Source: Trueperaceae bacterium
GTDB lineage: Bacteria; Deinococcota; Deinococci; Deinococcales; Trueperaceae
Reading direction: 5' to 3'
Length of the DNA: 64,000 bases
Assembly (NCBI GenBank): GCA_965213925.1
Contig: OZ243927.1
Location: 4,160,001 to 4,224,000, forward strand
The translations under genes were made by a program, and so were the position numbers. The notes beneath the pieces are model-generated. The model was not told the DNA's origin. It searched no databases and saw only the letters and a program-made list of their open reading frames with translations. Shown piece after piece: positions 1 through 10,306 of this stretch; the stretch's first letter is position 1, and each line of letters begins with the position of its first letter.

Positions 1-2
1 CG

Positions 3-221
3 GCGCGCTCTCTCATCGGCAGCCCCGACTTGCTCATCGCCGACGAGCCTACCTCTGCGCTCGACGCCGACACCCGCGAGAGTTTTATCCGTTTACTCTT
101 CGAAGAGTGTGACCGCGCCGGAATGACGCTCCTGTTCGTGAGCCACGACGGGAGCTTGGAAGGGCTCTTCGACCGCAGCGTGGACCTGCGGGCGCTCAAC
201 CGCGCACTGGAAGCTGCATGA
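3..221 (+). CDS. ABC transporter ATP-binding protein, C-terminal part (ZrgB/PA4064-like); begins before the window
   Basis: Frame reads ARSLIGSPDLLIADEPTSALD...LLFVSHD: Walker B, D-loop and H-switch. Confidence 0.9.
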   Translation, partial: ARSLIGSPDLLIADEPTSALDADTRESFIRLLFEECDRAGMTLLFVSHDGSLEGLFDRSVDLRALNRALEAA

Positions 222-261
222 CTGGGAACGACACGATTGGGAACAGGACGAGGACCGACTG

Positions 262-1527
262 ATGCTCGTCAAGCTCCTCCGTTTGACCGTTAAGAGTATG
301 CTCAACCGCGCGGGCACGACGCTCCTCACGGTTTTGGTCATCGCCATCAGCGTGACGCTCCTTTTAGGCGTCGAGAAGGTGCGCACAGAAGCACGCTCGA
401 GCTTCGCCAACACCATCTCGGGGACCGACCTCGTGGTGGGCGCACGGAGCGGCGGGATGCAGCTCCTCTTGTACAGCGTGTTCCGCATCGGCGACGCGAC
501 GAACAACATCACCTGGGCGAGCTACCAGCAAGTCGCTACGCATCCCAACGTCGCCTGGACCGTGCCCATCTCGCTCGGCGACTCGCACCGGGGCTTCCGC
601 GTGGTCGGTACGAGCGAGGCGTACTTCGAGCACTACCGCTACGGGCGAGAGCGTCCTTTACGCTTCACGGCGGGCGAGCCCTTCGGCGGCGTCTACGACG
701 CGGTGCTCGGCGCGGACGTGGCAGAAACACTCGGTTACACCGTCGGGCAGGAGATCGTCATCGCTCACGGTACGGGCGACACGACCCTGCTCGACCACCG
801 CGATAAGCCCTTTAAGGTGGTGGGCATCCTGGCGAAGACAGGCACGCCCGTGGACCGCTCCGTCCACGTGAGCTTGGCGGGCATCGAGGCGATGCATATC
901 GACTGGCGCAGCGGCGTGCCCGTTCCCAGCCAGCGCGTGAGCGCGGAGGAGGCGCGGACGCGCGACCTGACCCCGAACGCCATCACCGCTTTTCTAGTCG
1001 GCGTGGAGCCGAAAACGGCGATTTTCAGGCTCCAGCGCGACATCAACGACTATAGGCGTGAGCCGCTCTTAGCCGTGCTGCCTGGCGTCGCCTTGCAGGA
1101 ACTGTGGAACCTCTTGGGGGCGGCGGAGCGGGCGCTGCTGATCGTCTCGGGCTTCGTGGTGCTGAGCGGGCTCATCGGGATGCTGAGCGCAATTCTCTCG
1201 AGCCTCAGCGAGCGGCGGCGCGAGATGGCGATTTTGCGCTCTGTGGGCGCACGTCCCTGGCACGTCTTCATGCTGCTCAGCGCCGAAGCGGTACTCTTCA
1301 CGGTGGTCGGCTGCGCCTTGGGCGTCGCGCTGCTCTACGCCGCCCTCGCCGGGCTGCGCCCTTGGATAGCCAACGAGTACGGTCTCTACATCGCCATCAC
1401 GCCGCCCGGTCCCTTCAACCTCACCCTTCTCGCTGTCGTCATCGGCGCGGGCGTCCTCACCGGGCTCATCCCCGCGTACCGCGCCTACCGCAATTCGCTC
1501 GCGGACGGCTTGACGGTGCGGGTGTGA
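262..1527 (+). CDS. MacB/FtsX-type ABC transporter permease (ZrgC/PA4065-like)
   Basis: N-terminal TM, large periplasmic domain, ERRREMAILRSVGA motif, three C-terminal TMs; followed by a DUF3299-like gene. Confidence 0.85.
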   Translation: MLVKLLRLTVKSMLNRAGTTLLTVLVIAISVTLLLGVEKVRTEARSSFANTISGTDLVVGARSGGMQLLLYSVFRIGDATNNITWASYQQVATHPNVAWTVPISLGDSHRGFRVVGTSEAYFEHYRYGRERPLRFTAGEPFGGVYDAVLGADVAETLGYTVGQEIVIAHGTGDTTLLDHRDKPFKVVGILAKTGTPVDRSVHVSLAGIEAMHIDWRSGVPVPSQRVSAEEARTRDLTPNAITAFLVGVEPKTAIFRLQRDINDYRREPLLAVLPGVALQELWNLLGAAERALLIVSGFVVLSGLIGMLSAILSSLSERRREMAILRSVGARPWHVFMLLSAEAVLFTVVGCALGVALLYAALAGLRPWIANEYGLYIAITPPGPFNLTLLAVVIGAGVLTGLIPAYRAYRNSLADGLTVRV

Positions 1528-1599
1528 GGGGAGTGGCGTGAAGAGGTCAGTTGGACGAAGAGGTAGGAAAGAGAATGCATCAGAATAGAGATTGCTTAA

Positions 1600-1804
1600 T
1601 ACTCTGTTAAGTAAATTCTGCGACGTTGTTGTCACCCTGTTCACGCAGTCAGACGAAGTCCGGCGAAGGCGTAAGGGTCTCGTCTTTCAATCTCAGCAAG
1701 AGGAGTCAGCAAGGTCAGAGATTCTTACGCTCCACTGCGTTCCGCAAGGCTCCGCCCGACTACGTGAACAGAATGACATCACTCGTTTTTTAGCTAACAG
1801 TGTA
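1600..1804 (+). mobile_element. MITE-like repeat family A, copy 1
   Basis: Imperfect TIRs TACTCTGTTAAG...GCTAACAGTGTA flanked by CTTAA direct repeats; internal sequence shared with 30369, 35084 and 44523. Confidence 0.85.
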
Positions 1805-1946
1805 CTTAATCTTATGTTCTGAATTCTTGCTCGAGAACTCAACCGACCCACATGACTTCGGAGCAGAGGATTTGAGCCACGTCAAGCACAAAGACATAAC
1901 AGCAAGAGAAGAGACGAGCGTCTATACTCAGGGCGTGGAGAGGATG

Positions 1947-2576
1947 ATGAACGTGAAATGGACGGTTACTGTACTCACAAGCCTGACGCTCCTGCTCGCC
2001 GCGTGTGGCAGCGAACCCGAAGCGGGCACGCCGCTCGGCTTGGCGCAGCAGGTCGCGACGAGGGCGTTCGAGACGTTGGAGCCCACCGCGCTCGCCTGGG
2101 GCAGCCTCATGCCTGCGGGTTACGAGCCTTCCTATCAGGCTTTCCCCTGGGAGGCTGAGGACAGCGAGGCGATGATGCGAGAGACCCTGCAGCGCACCCC
2201 GCTCGTCGAGGCGTTGGACGGGCAAGAGGTCAAGGTGTCGGGCTACGTCGTGCCGCTCTCGAGCGACGAGGAGGCGGTCAGCGAGTTTTTGCTCGTGCCC
2301 TTTTTAGGCGCGTGTATCCACGTGCCGCCGCCGCCCGCCAACCAGATCGTCTACGTCAAACCGACCTACCCACTGCCCCATGACGACGCGCAGGATGTCG
2401 TCTCGGTCGCAGGCACGCTCCAGGCACAGGGCCGCACCAGCGAGTTCGGCGCGGCAGGCTACGAGATGACGAACGCGCTGCTCGTCCCCTTCGACGAGGA
2501 GGAGTACGCGGGCGTCGCGCAGGGTCCGGTTGTTATTGACGGGGACGGAGCGCAAGGCGACCCTGCGTTCAGGTGA
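1947..2576 (+). CDS. DUF3299-family lipoprotein (ZrgD/PA4066-like); start approximate
   Basis: Lipobox LAAC; motif EFLLVPFLGACIHVPPPPANQIVYV. Confidence 0.85.
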   Translation: MNVKWTVTVLTSLTLLLAACGSEPEAGTPLGLAQQVATRAFETLEPTALAWGSLMPAGYEPSYQAFPWEAEDSEAMMRETLQRTPLVEALDGQEVKVSGYVVPLSSDEEAVSEFLLVPFLGACIHVPPPPANQIVYVKPTYPLPHDDAQDVVSVAGTLQAQGRTSEFGAAGYEMTNALLVPFDEEEYAGVAQGPVVIDGDGAQGDPAFR

Positions 2577-2890
2577 CGGGCAAGCAAACAGCATGTTGAT
2601 AGTGAAGTCCGGGGAAAAATCGCACCAAGGAGATAGGCGCGCGCTCCTCTTCTTTATATTCTTTGTAAGAATCAAAAACCTCGAGCCCACTTCAAATCCT
2701 CGAGCACGAACCTCATAGCCGGTCTGCATTAACTCTGCACATAAATAAAGAGGTGGAAAAGGCGTAAACTTGAAGGTGTGTTTACGCCTTTCTCATGTAC
2801 CCTTTGCGTCGTGTGCGACCTCAAGCGTTTCTTCATACAAGGGTTTGCAACGTGCGAAACGCCACATTTGTACCTTAAAAAGCGAGCTTC

Positions 2891-3577
2891 GTGGTTTACC
2901 CTAACCTCATAGTCGTTCTTGCTACTGCGCTACCGCCTCTTACCGACATTCCCTTTCTCGAGGTGGTGAGGCGCTCTTTGACGCTCGAGCGGGAGGTTTT
3001 CTTGCTAGTCCAGAGTGAAACGTGGGGTCTACTCGCGGTCGTCTTCGTCGTCTTTTTCGCGGGCTTTTCCGAGTCGTTGGGGCAGAGCGTCGTGCTCTTT
3101 GCTAACCGCGTCAAGCCTAGGCGCTTTGTGGCGTCGCTGGCGCTTTCAGCGGCTATTTTCCTCTTCAGTTACCTCTTCTGGACGCTGAGCATCTGGTTTG
3201 TCGGCACCTACCTCTACGGGCGCGACGTGCACTTCAACGTGATCGCAAAAGCGGTAGGGCTCGGCTACGCGCCCTACCTCTTCTCCTTTTTCGCGCTCGC
3301 ACCGTACTTCGGCGTACCGATCTTCGCGCTCCTGTCGCTCTGGAGCCTGCTCGCGGTTATCGTAGCGGTGTCGGCAACGTTAGAGCTGACCCTCATACAA
3401 GCCCTCGTGTGTAGCGCCCTGGGCTGGCTCCTCTGGCAAGCCCTGCAGCGCACTGTCGGACGCCCCATTATCGCCCTCTCCAAACGGCTCAAGCGGCTCA
3501 CGGCAGGCGTCCCGCTCACGACAACACGTCAAGAACTCCGCGATTTGTACAAAGAGAATAGCGGAAAGGATAAGTGA
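2891..3577 (+). CDS. Multi-pass membrane protein of unknown function
   Basis: About five hydrophobic segments; GTGA overlap with the next gene. Confidence 0.75.
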   Translation: MVYPNLIVVLATALPPLTDIPFLEVVRRSLTLEREVFLLVQSETWGLLAVVFVVFFAGFSESLGQSVVLFANRVKPRRFVASLALSAAIFLFSYLFWTLSIWFVGTYLYGRDVHFNVIAKAVGLGYAPYLFSFFALAPYFGVPIFALLSLWSLLAVIVAVSATLELTLIQALVCSALGWLLWQALQRTVGRPIIALSKRLKRLTAGVPLTTTRQELRDLYKENSGKDK

Positions 3578-4557
3578 TGCCCTTTCCAGACCTCCTCACC
3601 CTCCTCGCCGTCCTCGTCGTCGGCTTCTTGATCGCGGGCATCCTCTCCCCTTTCGAGGCACTCGGCTGGTGGGCGGGTTGGTACGGGCGGCACCCCGAAG
3701 AGGAGGAGCACGTTGCAGCGCTCTATAGAGCAGATAACGCCGAAGGGTTCGTCGTCTTTTTGTCAGGTATTCACAGCGTCTCGGGCGAGGCGTACGCCGA
3801 GCGTGAAGTCGTCTTCTTAGAGCGTTTGCGGGAGAGGTTGACGGATAAAGTCGTCGTAGTAGACGATATCTTTCCCTACTCGGTGACGAACCGCGCCCTG
3901 ACCGGAGGGCGCATCTTCGCTAAGTTCTGGCGCTGGGCGTTAAAGCGCAAGCTGAGCGGACCCGGACTCGCCGGGGCGCTCATCAACTTTCGCAACATCT
4001 GGCAGGTTGCGGTTTCCGCCGACAGCCGCTACGGACCGATTTACAACCAGGGCTCTGCCGAGATGATCTCAAGAGGTCTAGAGTTGCACGGTTACGAACC
4101 CGCTAGCGGCGTCCCGGTGACGCTCATCGGCTATAGTGGCGGCGGGCAGATTGCGGTAGGCGCAGCGCCGCATTTGCGCTCGATGTTGGGCGCACCCATC
4201 AGCGTGGTCTCGCTCGGCGGCGTCATAAGTTCGGACCCCGGACTGCTCGCTTTGGAGCACGTCTATCACCTCTACGGGCGGCGCGACATGGTGCAGCGCA
4301 CGGGTAATTTTCTCTTTCCAGGGCGGTGGCCTATCCTGCCCTATTCGGCGTGGAACCAGGCGAAGCAGCAGGGCGTCATCAAGCTCATCTCGATGGGACC
4401 GGCGGACCACACGGGACCTAAGGGCTACTTGGACGCGGAGGCTTTTCTGCCGAACGGACAGAGCTACTTAGATGCGACTGTGGAGACGATAGCGCGGATT
4501 GTGGAGTCGGAAGAGGTCATGGCGGAGGAGCTGGGGTCCGTCGTGAGTTTTAGTTAG
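3574..4557 (+). CDS. Membrane-anchored alpha/beta-hydrolase-like protein
   Basis: N-terminal TM; GYSGG nucleophile-elbow-like motif; downstream Asp and His candidates (RRD, ADH). Confidence 0.65.
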   Translation: MMPFPDLLTLLAVLVVGFLIAGILSPFEALGWWAGWYGRHPEEEEHVAALYRADNAEGFVVFLSGIHSVSGEAYAEREVVFLERLRERLTDKVVVVDDIFPYSVTNRALTGGRIFAKFWRWALKRKLSGPGLAGALINFRNIWQVAVSADSRYGPIYNQGSAEMISRGLELHGYEPASGVPVTLIGYSGGGQIAVGAAPHLRSMLGAPISVVSLGGVISSDPGLLALEHVYHLYGRRDMVQRTGNFLFPGRWPILPYSAWNQAKQQGVIKLISMGPADHTGPKGYLDAEAFLPNGQSYLDATVETIARIVESEEVMAEELGSVVSFS

Positions 4558-4571
4558 AGCAAGGAAGGCTT

Positions 4572-4597
4572 AAAAGGGCGATTCATGAATCGCCCCT
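4572..4597. terminator. Hairpin between convergent genes, probable aceF terminator
   Basis: AAAAGGGCGATTCATGAATCGCCCCT palindrome with an A-run. Confidence 0.65.
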
Positions 4598-4616
4598 ACA
4601 CGTAACTCAAACCTCT

Positions 4617-6195
4617 TTACCCCTCCACCGACATCAAGAACGGGTCTTCGATAATATCGCAAAGGAGGCGCATAAACCGCGCCGCGTCCGCCCCGTCAAT
4701 CAAGCGGTGGTCGTACGTCACGGACATCGGCATCATCATCTTGGGCTCGAAGGTCTCTTTCTCCTTGTTCCACACGGGCTCGACGCTGCCGCGTGACACG
4801 CCGATAATCGCCACATCGGGCGGATTCACGATGGGCGTGAAGTTCGTGCCGCCGATGCCGCCCAGGTTGGAGATGCTTAAATTTCCGCCTTTCATGTCGT
4901 CGGGACCTAATTTACGGGCTCGAGCTTTCTCCGCCATTTCATCTAAATCTAATGCGAGTTGAATGATGCCCTTCTTGTTCACGTCGCGAATGACGGGGAC
5001 GAGCAGACCTTGTTCCGTGTCCACCGCCACGCCGATGTTGACGTAGTGCTTGTAGACGACCTCGTTGTTTTCGGTGTCTAAGCTCGCGTTGAACTTGGGA
5101 TACTTCTTCACTGCGCCCGCGACCATTTTGAGGAGGAGCGCGGTCGGCGTCAGCTTGACGCCCGACTCTTGCGCCCGCTCCTGGTACTTCTTGCGCATGG
5201 CGTTGAACTGGGTGATGTCCGCCTTGTCGAAGTGCGTGACCATCGGCACGACCGACCACGCCGTGCTCATCGAGCGCACCGTCGCCTTGCGGATGCCGCT
5301 CATGGGCTCGCGCGAGGTCTCGCCGAATTTGCTGAAGTCGGGCAGGGGCGGCGCGGAGGGAGCCTGCTGCTGCCCTTGCGAGGGCTGCTTCTGCGAGGGC
5401 TTTTCTGCCTCTTCTTTCGTCGTACCGTCTTCGGCGTAGCGCTTCACGTCCTCAGCGGAGATGCGCCCCGCGACGCCCGAGCCCGAGACCTCTCGCAGAC
5501 TGACGCCTAGCTCCCGCGCCAAACGCCGCACGGAGGGGGCAGCAGGGATGGACTGCTTGTCCTCTTCGGGAACTTCGTAGGAGTCGGGGGCTTCCTGGGC
5601 TTCCTCGGCGTCGTCGGCGTCAGATGCCTGTTGAATGTCCTTCTCTTCCTCGTCCACGCTCTCGGAGGTTTCGTCGTCTGAGGTGCTATCATCGGCGCTC
5701 TCGTCACTCGAGGCTTCCTGCGTGTCCGAACCTTCGTCGCCAGAAGCTTCCTGCGTGTCCGAGCTGTCCTCCTCGTCCGCGTCGCCGTCATCGGCGCTCT
5801 TGTCGCTCGAGGCTTCCTGCGTGTCCGAGCTGTCCTCTTCGTCCGCGTCGCCGTCATCGGCGCTCTTGTCGCTCAGCGCTCGTCCTCTTCGTCCGCGTCG
5901 CCTCATCAGCGCTCGCCTCAGCTCCACTCTCATCTCCGTCGGCGTCCCCGTCCTCGTCGGGCTCGCCGATGGTGAGCACCACGTCACCTATCGCGACCTC
6001 GTCGTTCTCGGAGACCTTGATCTCTTTGACCGTGCCGCTGACCGACGAGGGAACCTCGACCACCGCTTTATCGGTCTCTAACTCCAAAACAGGTTGGTCC
6101 TCTTCGATCGTATCGCCTACCGACACCAGCACACCGACGACAGTGCCCGATTCGATGCCTTCGCCGACGTCGGGTAGTTTGAATTCAGTAGCCAC
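4617..6195 (-). CDS. aceF: Pyruvate dehydrogenase E2 (dihydrolipoamide acetyltransferase), frameshifted at about 5875-5905
   Basis: Lipoyl domain (ETDKA) starts at GTG 6195 in one frame; the E3-binding domain (PSVRRLARE) and catalytic DHRLIDG are in another frame; directly downstream of aceE. Confidence 0.92.
5690..5905 (-). repeat. 66-bp tandem repeat encoding the acidic E2 linker
   Basis: Near-identical units 5743-5808 and 5809-5874 ([22 protein letters not shown]) plus partial units. Confidence 0.9.
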
Positions 6196-6210
6196 GTATA
6201 CCCCTCTCAA

Positions 6211-6287
6211 GCAGGTATCATCTGGTCACAACCGCGCTCCGCTAAGATAGAAAGAGTCTAACGCGCACGTTGAGGGATGATACTTAC
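6211..6287 (-). repeat. Repeat family D stem-loop directly upstream of the aceF RBS
   Basis: GCAGGTATCATCTGGTCA...GGGATGATAC, similar to 31614-31687 and partially to 62117. Confidence 0.8.
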
Positions 6288-6313
6288 GCACTTTAATGTG
6301 ACACTACTAACAT

Positions 6314-6346
6314 AAAGAGGTAGACATTGTGGCGTCTACCTCTTTT
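6314..6346 (-). terminator. Rho-independent terminator or stabilising hairpin after aceE
   Basis: AAAGAGGTAGAC-loop-GTCTACCTCTTTT. Confidence 0.7.
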
Positions 6347-6353
6347 CATAGGG

Positions 6354-9065
6354 TCAAGCGATATGCGGGTTGCGCTTGTCCGGGTCGATGCCCAAGTCCT
6401 CGATGGCTTTGGCGACGTCTTCGGCGTCGTAGTCGCCCTCTTGCGCCAACGCCTGCAGGGTCGCTACCACGATGTGCCGCGCGTCCACCTCGAAGTGGTC
6501 GCGGAGTTCTTCACGCGCCTCACTGCGCCCGAAGCCGTCCGTGCCGAGCGAGACCATCGGCTTGGGCAGGTGCTTGGCTAAAGCGTCGGGAAGAATTTTC
6601 ATGTAGTCCGAGGCGGCGACGAACACGCCCTTGGCGTCCTTGAGTTTGTCGTAGACGTAAGAAGTGCGGGGCTCTTCGTCGGGATGGAGGCGGTTGTAGC
6701 GCTCGACTTGCAGGGCATCTTCGTGAAGCTCTTTGTAAGAGGTCACGCTCCACACGTCGGCGGCGACTTTATAGTCTTCCGCCAACATCTCCTGCGCCTT
6801 TAAGACCTCGTTCATGATCGCGCCGCTGCCGAAGAGTTGCGCTTTGAGCTTTGAACGCTTGCGCTCGGAAGGCTTGAATTTGTACATCCCTTTGAGGATG
6901 CCCTCCTCGAGTTCTTCGCGCTCCAGGTGCTCCGGCGCGGCGGGCATCGCGTAATTCTCGTTGCCCACGGTGAGGTAGTAGAAGAGGTCCTCTTGCTCCT
7001 CGTACATGCGGCGGATGCCCTCACGGACGACCGTGGCGAGTTCGTACGCGAACGCCGGGTCGTACGCCTTCACGTTCGGTACGACGTACATCAGCACGTG
7101 CGAGTGACCGTCCTGGTGCTGCAAGCCTTCGCCCGCAAGAGTGGTGCGCCCCGCCGTGCCGCCGACCATGAACCCCTTCGCCTTCATGTCGCCGGCTGCC
7201 CAGATGAAGTCGCCGACGCGCTGATAGCCGAACATCGAGTAGTAGATGTAGAAGGGAATCGTGTTGATACCGTGCGTGGCGTACGCCGTGCCCGCCGCCA
7301 AGAACGACGACATCGAGCCCGCCTCGGTGATGCCCTCCTCTAAAATCTGCCCGTCCTGCGACTCCTTGTAGTACAAGAGGTTGTCGGCGTCTACAGGCTC
7401 GTAAAGCTGCCCGGCGTGCGCGTAGATGCCGATTTGACGGAAAAGGGCGTCCATCCCGAAGGTGCGCGCCTCGTCCGGGATGATCGGGACGATGAGCTTG
7501 CCGATCTCCTTGTCGCGGAGGAACTTGCCCAGGACGCGCACCATGACCATCGTGGTAGAAACCGGGCGTCCGTCGGTGCCCTTCATGAACTCGTCCAAAA
7601 TCTTCTTGTCGGGCGTTTGGATGGGCTCGCTCTTCACGGAGCGCGCGGGCAAGCCGCCGCCCAACTTGCCGCGCTGCTCGGTCAGGTACTCGTATAACTC
7701 CGAGTCCTTCTCGGGTCGGTGGAAGGGGTACTTGCCGATCTCGTCGTCGTCGATGGGGATGTTGAAGCGGTCACGGAAGGCTTTCATCTCCTCCTCGTTG
7801 AGCTTCTTTTGATTGTGGGTGATGTTCATACCTTCACCCGCTTCACCCAAGCCGTAACCTTTGACGGTCCGCGCCAGGATAACGGTGGGCTTACCCTTGG
7901 TCTCCGTCGCCGCTTTATACGCCGCGTAGACCTTGCGGGGGTCGTGTCCGCCGCGGTTGAGCTTGCCCAACTTCTCGTCGTCCCAGTCTTCGATGAGCTT
8001 TTTCAGCTCGGGGGTGTTGAAGAAGTTTTCGCGCAACTCTTCTGCGCCGTAGGCGGCGTAGCGTTGCGACTCGCCGTCCACGAGCTGCTCGAAGCGCTTT
8101 AAGAGGACGCCCTCTTTGTCCTTCTCTAGAAGCTCGTCCCACTTGCCGCCCCAGGTGACTTTGATGACGTTCCAGCCTGCGCCCCTAAAGGACGCCTCGA
8201 GTTCCTGAATCACTTTGCTGTTACCGCGCACGGGTCCGTCTAAGCGCTGCAAGTTGCAGTTGATGACCCAGATGAGGTTGTCGAGTTTTTCCCGCGACGC
8301 TAAGCCGATCGCACCCAAAGTTTCGGGCTCGTCGGTCTCGCCGTCCCCTAAAAACGCCCACACCTTCGCGTCGTTTTCCTCCTGCAGACCTCTATCCACC
8401 AGGTAGTTGTTGAACCGCGCCTGATAGATGGACATGATCGGCGCTAAGCCCATCGAGACGGTCGGGAACTGCCAGAAGTTCGGCATGAGCCACGGGTGCG
8501 GATACGACGAGAGCCCCGGTTCGTCCTGGAGTTCGCGGCGGAAGTTGCGCAAGCGCTCCACGTCGTAACGGTGCTCTAGGTACGCCCTAGCGTAGATGCC
8601 TGGGCTCGCGTGCCCTTGAATGTAGACCATGTCCGCGTCTAAACCCGCGTCGGGCCCACGGAAGAAGTGGTTGAAGCCGACTTCGTAGAGCGTCGCTGCT
8701 GAGGCGTACGTCGAGATGTGCCCGCCGATGCCGTCCGACATCTTGTTCGCCCGCACAACCATCGCCATCGCGTTCCAGCGCAAGAGGTTGCGAATCAGGC
8801 GCTCTTTTTCCAAGTCGCCCGGATACTCGGGCTGCTCCTCCACCGGAATCGTATTGATGTAGGGCGTATTCGCCGTAAAAGGGATGTCTACCCCGAAGCG
8901 GTGCGCGTGGGTCTCCAAGCGCTCCAAAATCTCCTGGACGCGCTCCTTGCCGGCGCTCTCCAACACGTAATCTAGGGACTCGAGCCACTCGCGCATCTCG
9001 ACATCGTTGAGCTTTTCGTGCTCTTCCGGGTCTAGCTCGTCGCTTCTTTTCGTTACGTCAGCCAC
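6354..9065 (-). CDS. aceE: Pyruvate dehydrogenase E1, homodimeric AceE type
   Basis: [39 protein letters not shown] and GEGLQHQD motifs; 903 aa. Confidence 0.97.
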   Translation of the reverse strand: MADVTKRSDELDPEEHEKLNDVEMREWLESLDYVLESAGKERVQEILERLETHAHRFGVDIPFTANTPYINTIPVEEQPEYPGDLEKERLIRNLLRWNAMAMVVRANKMSDGIGGHISTYASAATLYEVGFNHFFRGPDAGLDADMVYIQGHASPGIYARAYLEHRYDVERLRNFRRELQDEPGLSSYPHPWLMPNFWQFPTVSMGLAPIMSIYQARFNNYLVDRGLQEENDAKVWAFLGDGETDEPETLGAIGLASREKLDNLIWVINCNLQRLDGPVRGNSKVIQELEASFRGAGWNVIKVTWGGKWDELLEKDKEGVLLKRFEQLVDGESQRYAAYGAEELRENFFNTPELKKLIEDWDDEKLGKLNRGGHDPRKVYAAYKAATETKGKPTVILARTVKGYGLGEAGEGMNITHNQKKLNEEEMKAFRDRFNIPIDDDEIGKYPFHRPEKDSELYEYLTEQRGKLGGGLPARSVKSEPIQTPDKKILDEFMKGTDGRPVSTTMVMVRVLGKFLRDKEIGKLIVPIIPDEARTFGMDALFRQIGIYAHAGQLYEPVDADNLLYYKESQDGQILEEGITEAGSMSSFLAAGTAYATHGINTIPFYIYYSMFGYQRVGDFIWAAGDMKAKGFMVGGTAGRTTLAGEGLQHQDGHSHVLMYVVPNVKAYDPAFAYELATVVREGIRRMYEEQEDLFYYLTVGNENYAMPAAPEHLEREELEEGILKGMYKFKPSERKRSKLKAQLFGSGAIMNEVLKAQEMLAEDYKVAADVWSVTSYKELHEDALQVERYNRLHPDEEPRTSYVYDKLKDAKGVFVAASDYMKILPDALAKHLPKPMVSLGTDGFGRSEAREELRDHFEVDARHIVVATLQALAQEGDYDAEDVAKAIEDLGIDPDKRNPHIA

Positions 9066-9287
9066 TTGCGTCTCCTCTTCTGCTCGTTTCGGTTTGTCAT
9101 CTTGACTTCGCTTGTTCAGTCCATCTGTAACGTCGGTTCAGCTCAATTCAATCTTACAGCCAGTTGTGTCTACTCTACGCCCCACTATGACACAAAACCT
9201 TTGTCCTAAGCTGTAATCACGCGGTTGGCGAGTCTCTAAAGAACTCCATAAGAATAGTAAGGGGAGAATGAGGAGATAAACTAGCGT

Positions 9288-9719
9288 GTGTCTCTAATTT
9301 TTAGCTTACACCTCGCCGCGACGCTCTTCATGACGGGCGTCATCTGGTTCGTGCAAATCGTCCACTACCCTCTCTTTGGTGGCGTGGGCGAAGCGAACTT
9401 TGCCGCCTATGAGGGGCGGCATACGTGGCTGACGGGTTTAGTCGTCGCGCCGCCGATGCTCTTGGAGCTTGCAACGGGCGCGGCACTTCTTTGGCGTCGT
9501 CCCGAAGAGGTCTCCCTACAAGAGGTCATCGTCGGACTCGCCCTACTAGGCGTCATCTGGTTTTCTACGTACCTCTTACAGATTCCGCGCCACACGGTTT
9601 TAGGTGAAGGCTTCGACGTAACGGCGCACCGCGAACTCGTTTTAACGAATTGGGTGCGCACCGCCGCTTGGAGCCTCCGCGCAGGACTGGTGCTCTGGTG
9701 GGTGAACCGGCTTTTGTAG
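9288..9719 (+). CDS. Small membrane protein (DUF1772-like)
   Basis: GVIWFVQIVHYP and NWVRT motifs; four hydrophobic segments. Confidence 0.7.
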   Translation: MSLIFSLHLAATLFMTGVIWFVQIVHYPLFGGVGEANFAAYEGRHTWLTGLVVAPPMLLELATGAALLWRRPEEVSLQEVIVGLALLGVIWFSTYLLQIPRHTVLGEGFDVTAHRELVLTNWVRTAAWSLRAGLVLWWVNRLL

Positions 9720-9888
9720 AACAGCTCACGTGAAACACGTGGAAACGAAAGGTGTCCCGTTTTGTGTACATGTGAACATGCATCTCTTTCGCTCGCAGTC
9801 TTCGCCTAATCCCCTACACAAAACGTGGTACACCGCCAAAAATAAAAGGAGGGTTTCCCCTCCTCAGCAGACTCTTACGAAACTGGAG

Positions 9889-10137
9889 CTACGTTCGGCT
9901 CGTCACAGCCTTGACGATGAGTAGTAGCACCACTGCGCCGACAATCGCCACGAGGATGCTATAGATGTTGAAACCTGTTACACCCGACGCGCCGAATGTT
10001 TGAAAGATAAAGCCACCGATGAACGCGCCTACGATGCCTACAACGATGTCGAGCAAGATGCCCTGATTCGACTTGACGATGAGACTGGCAATCCAACCTG
10101 CAATTGCGCCTAAGATGATCCACAGCAGAATATTCAT
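9889..10137 (-). CDS. GlsB/YeaQ/YmgE-family (transglycosylase-associated) stress membrane protein
   Basis: WIILGAIAGWIA...DIVVGIVGAFIGG; RBS AAGGAG. Confidence 0.9.
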   Translation of the reverse strand: MNILLWIILGAIAGWIASLIVKSNQGILLDIVVGIVGAFIGGFIFQTFGASGVTGFNIYSILVAIVGAVVLLLIVKAVTSRT

Positions 10138-10306
10138 GTTTCTCCTTCATGAGGTCGAGAGGTATTCGGAGTTTAAGATATTATATGCTTAGAGCCTTCC
10201 CCCTTTGATTATTGGATTGATAGATGTCCTAATGTTACCCTCAGCATTCTATTGATACTGTAATGTGAGAAAAACAACATTAGCTTAGCGTACAGATATC
10301 CTTTCA

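Noticed and set aside
1592..1822. 76-aa ORF and the N-terminal extension of ORF 1800-2576
   Set aside because: The short ORF is read-through of a MITE, and the DUF3299 signal peptide begins near 1947
5690..5905. CRISPR array
   Set aside because: Contiguous coding tandem repeats without unique spacers; no cas genes
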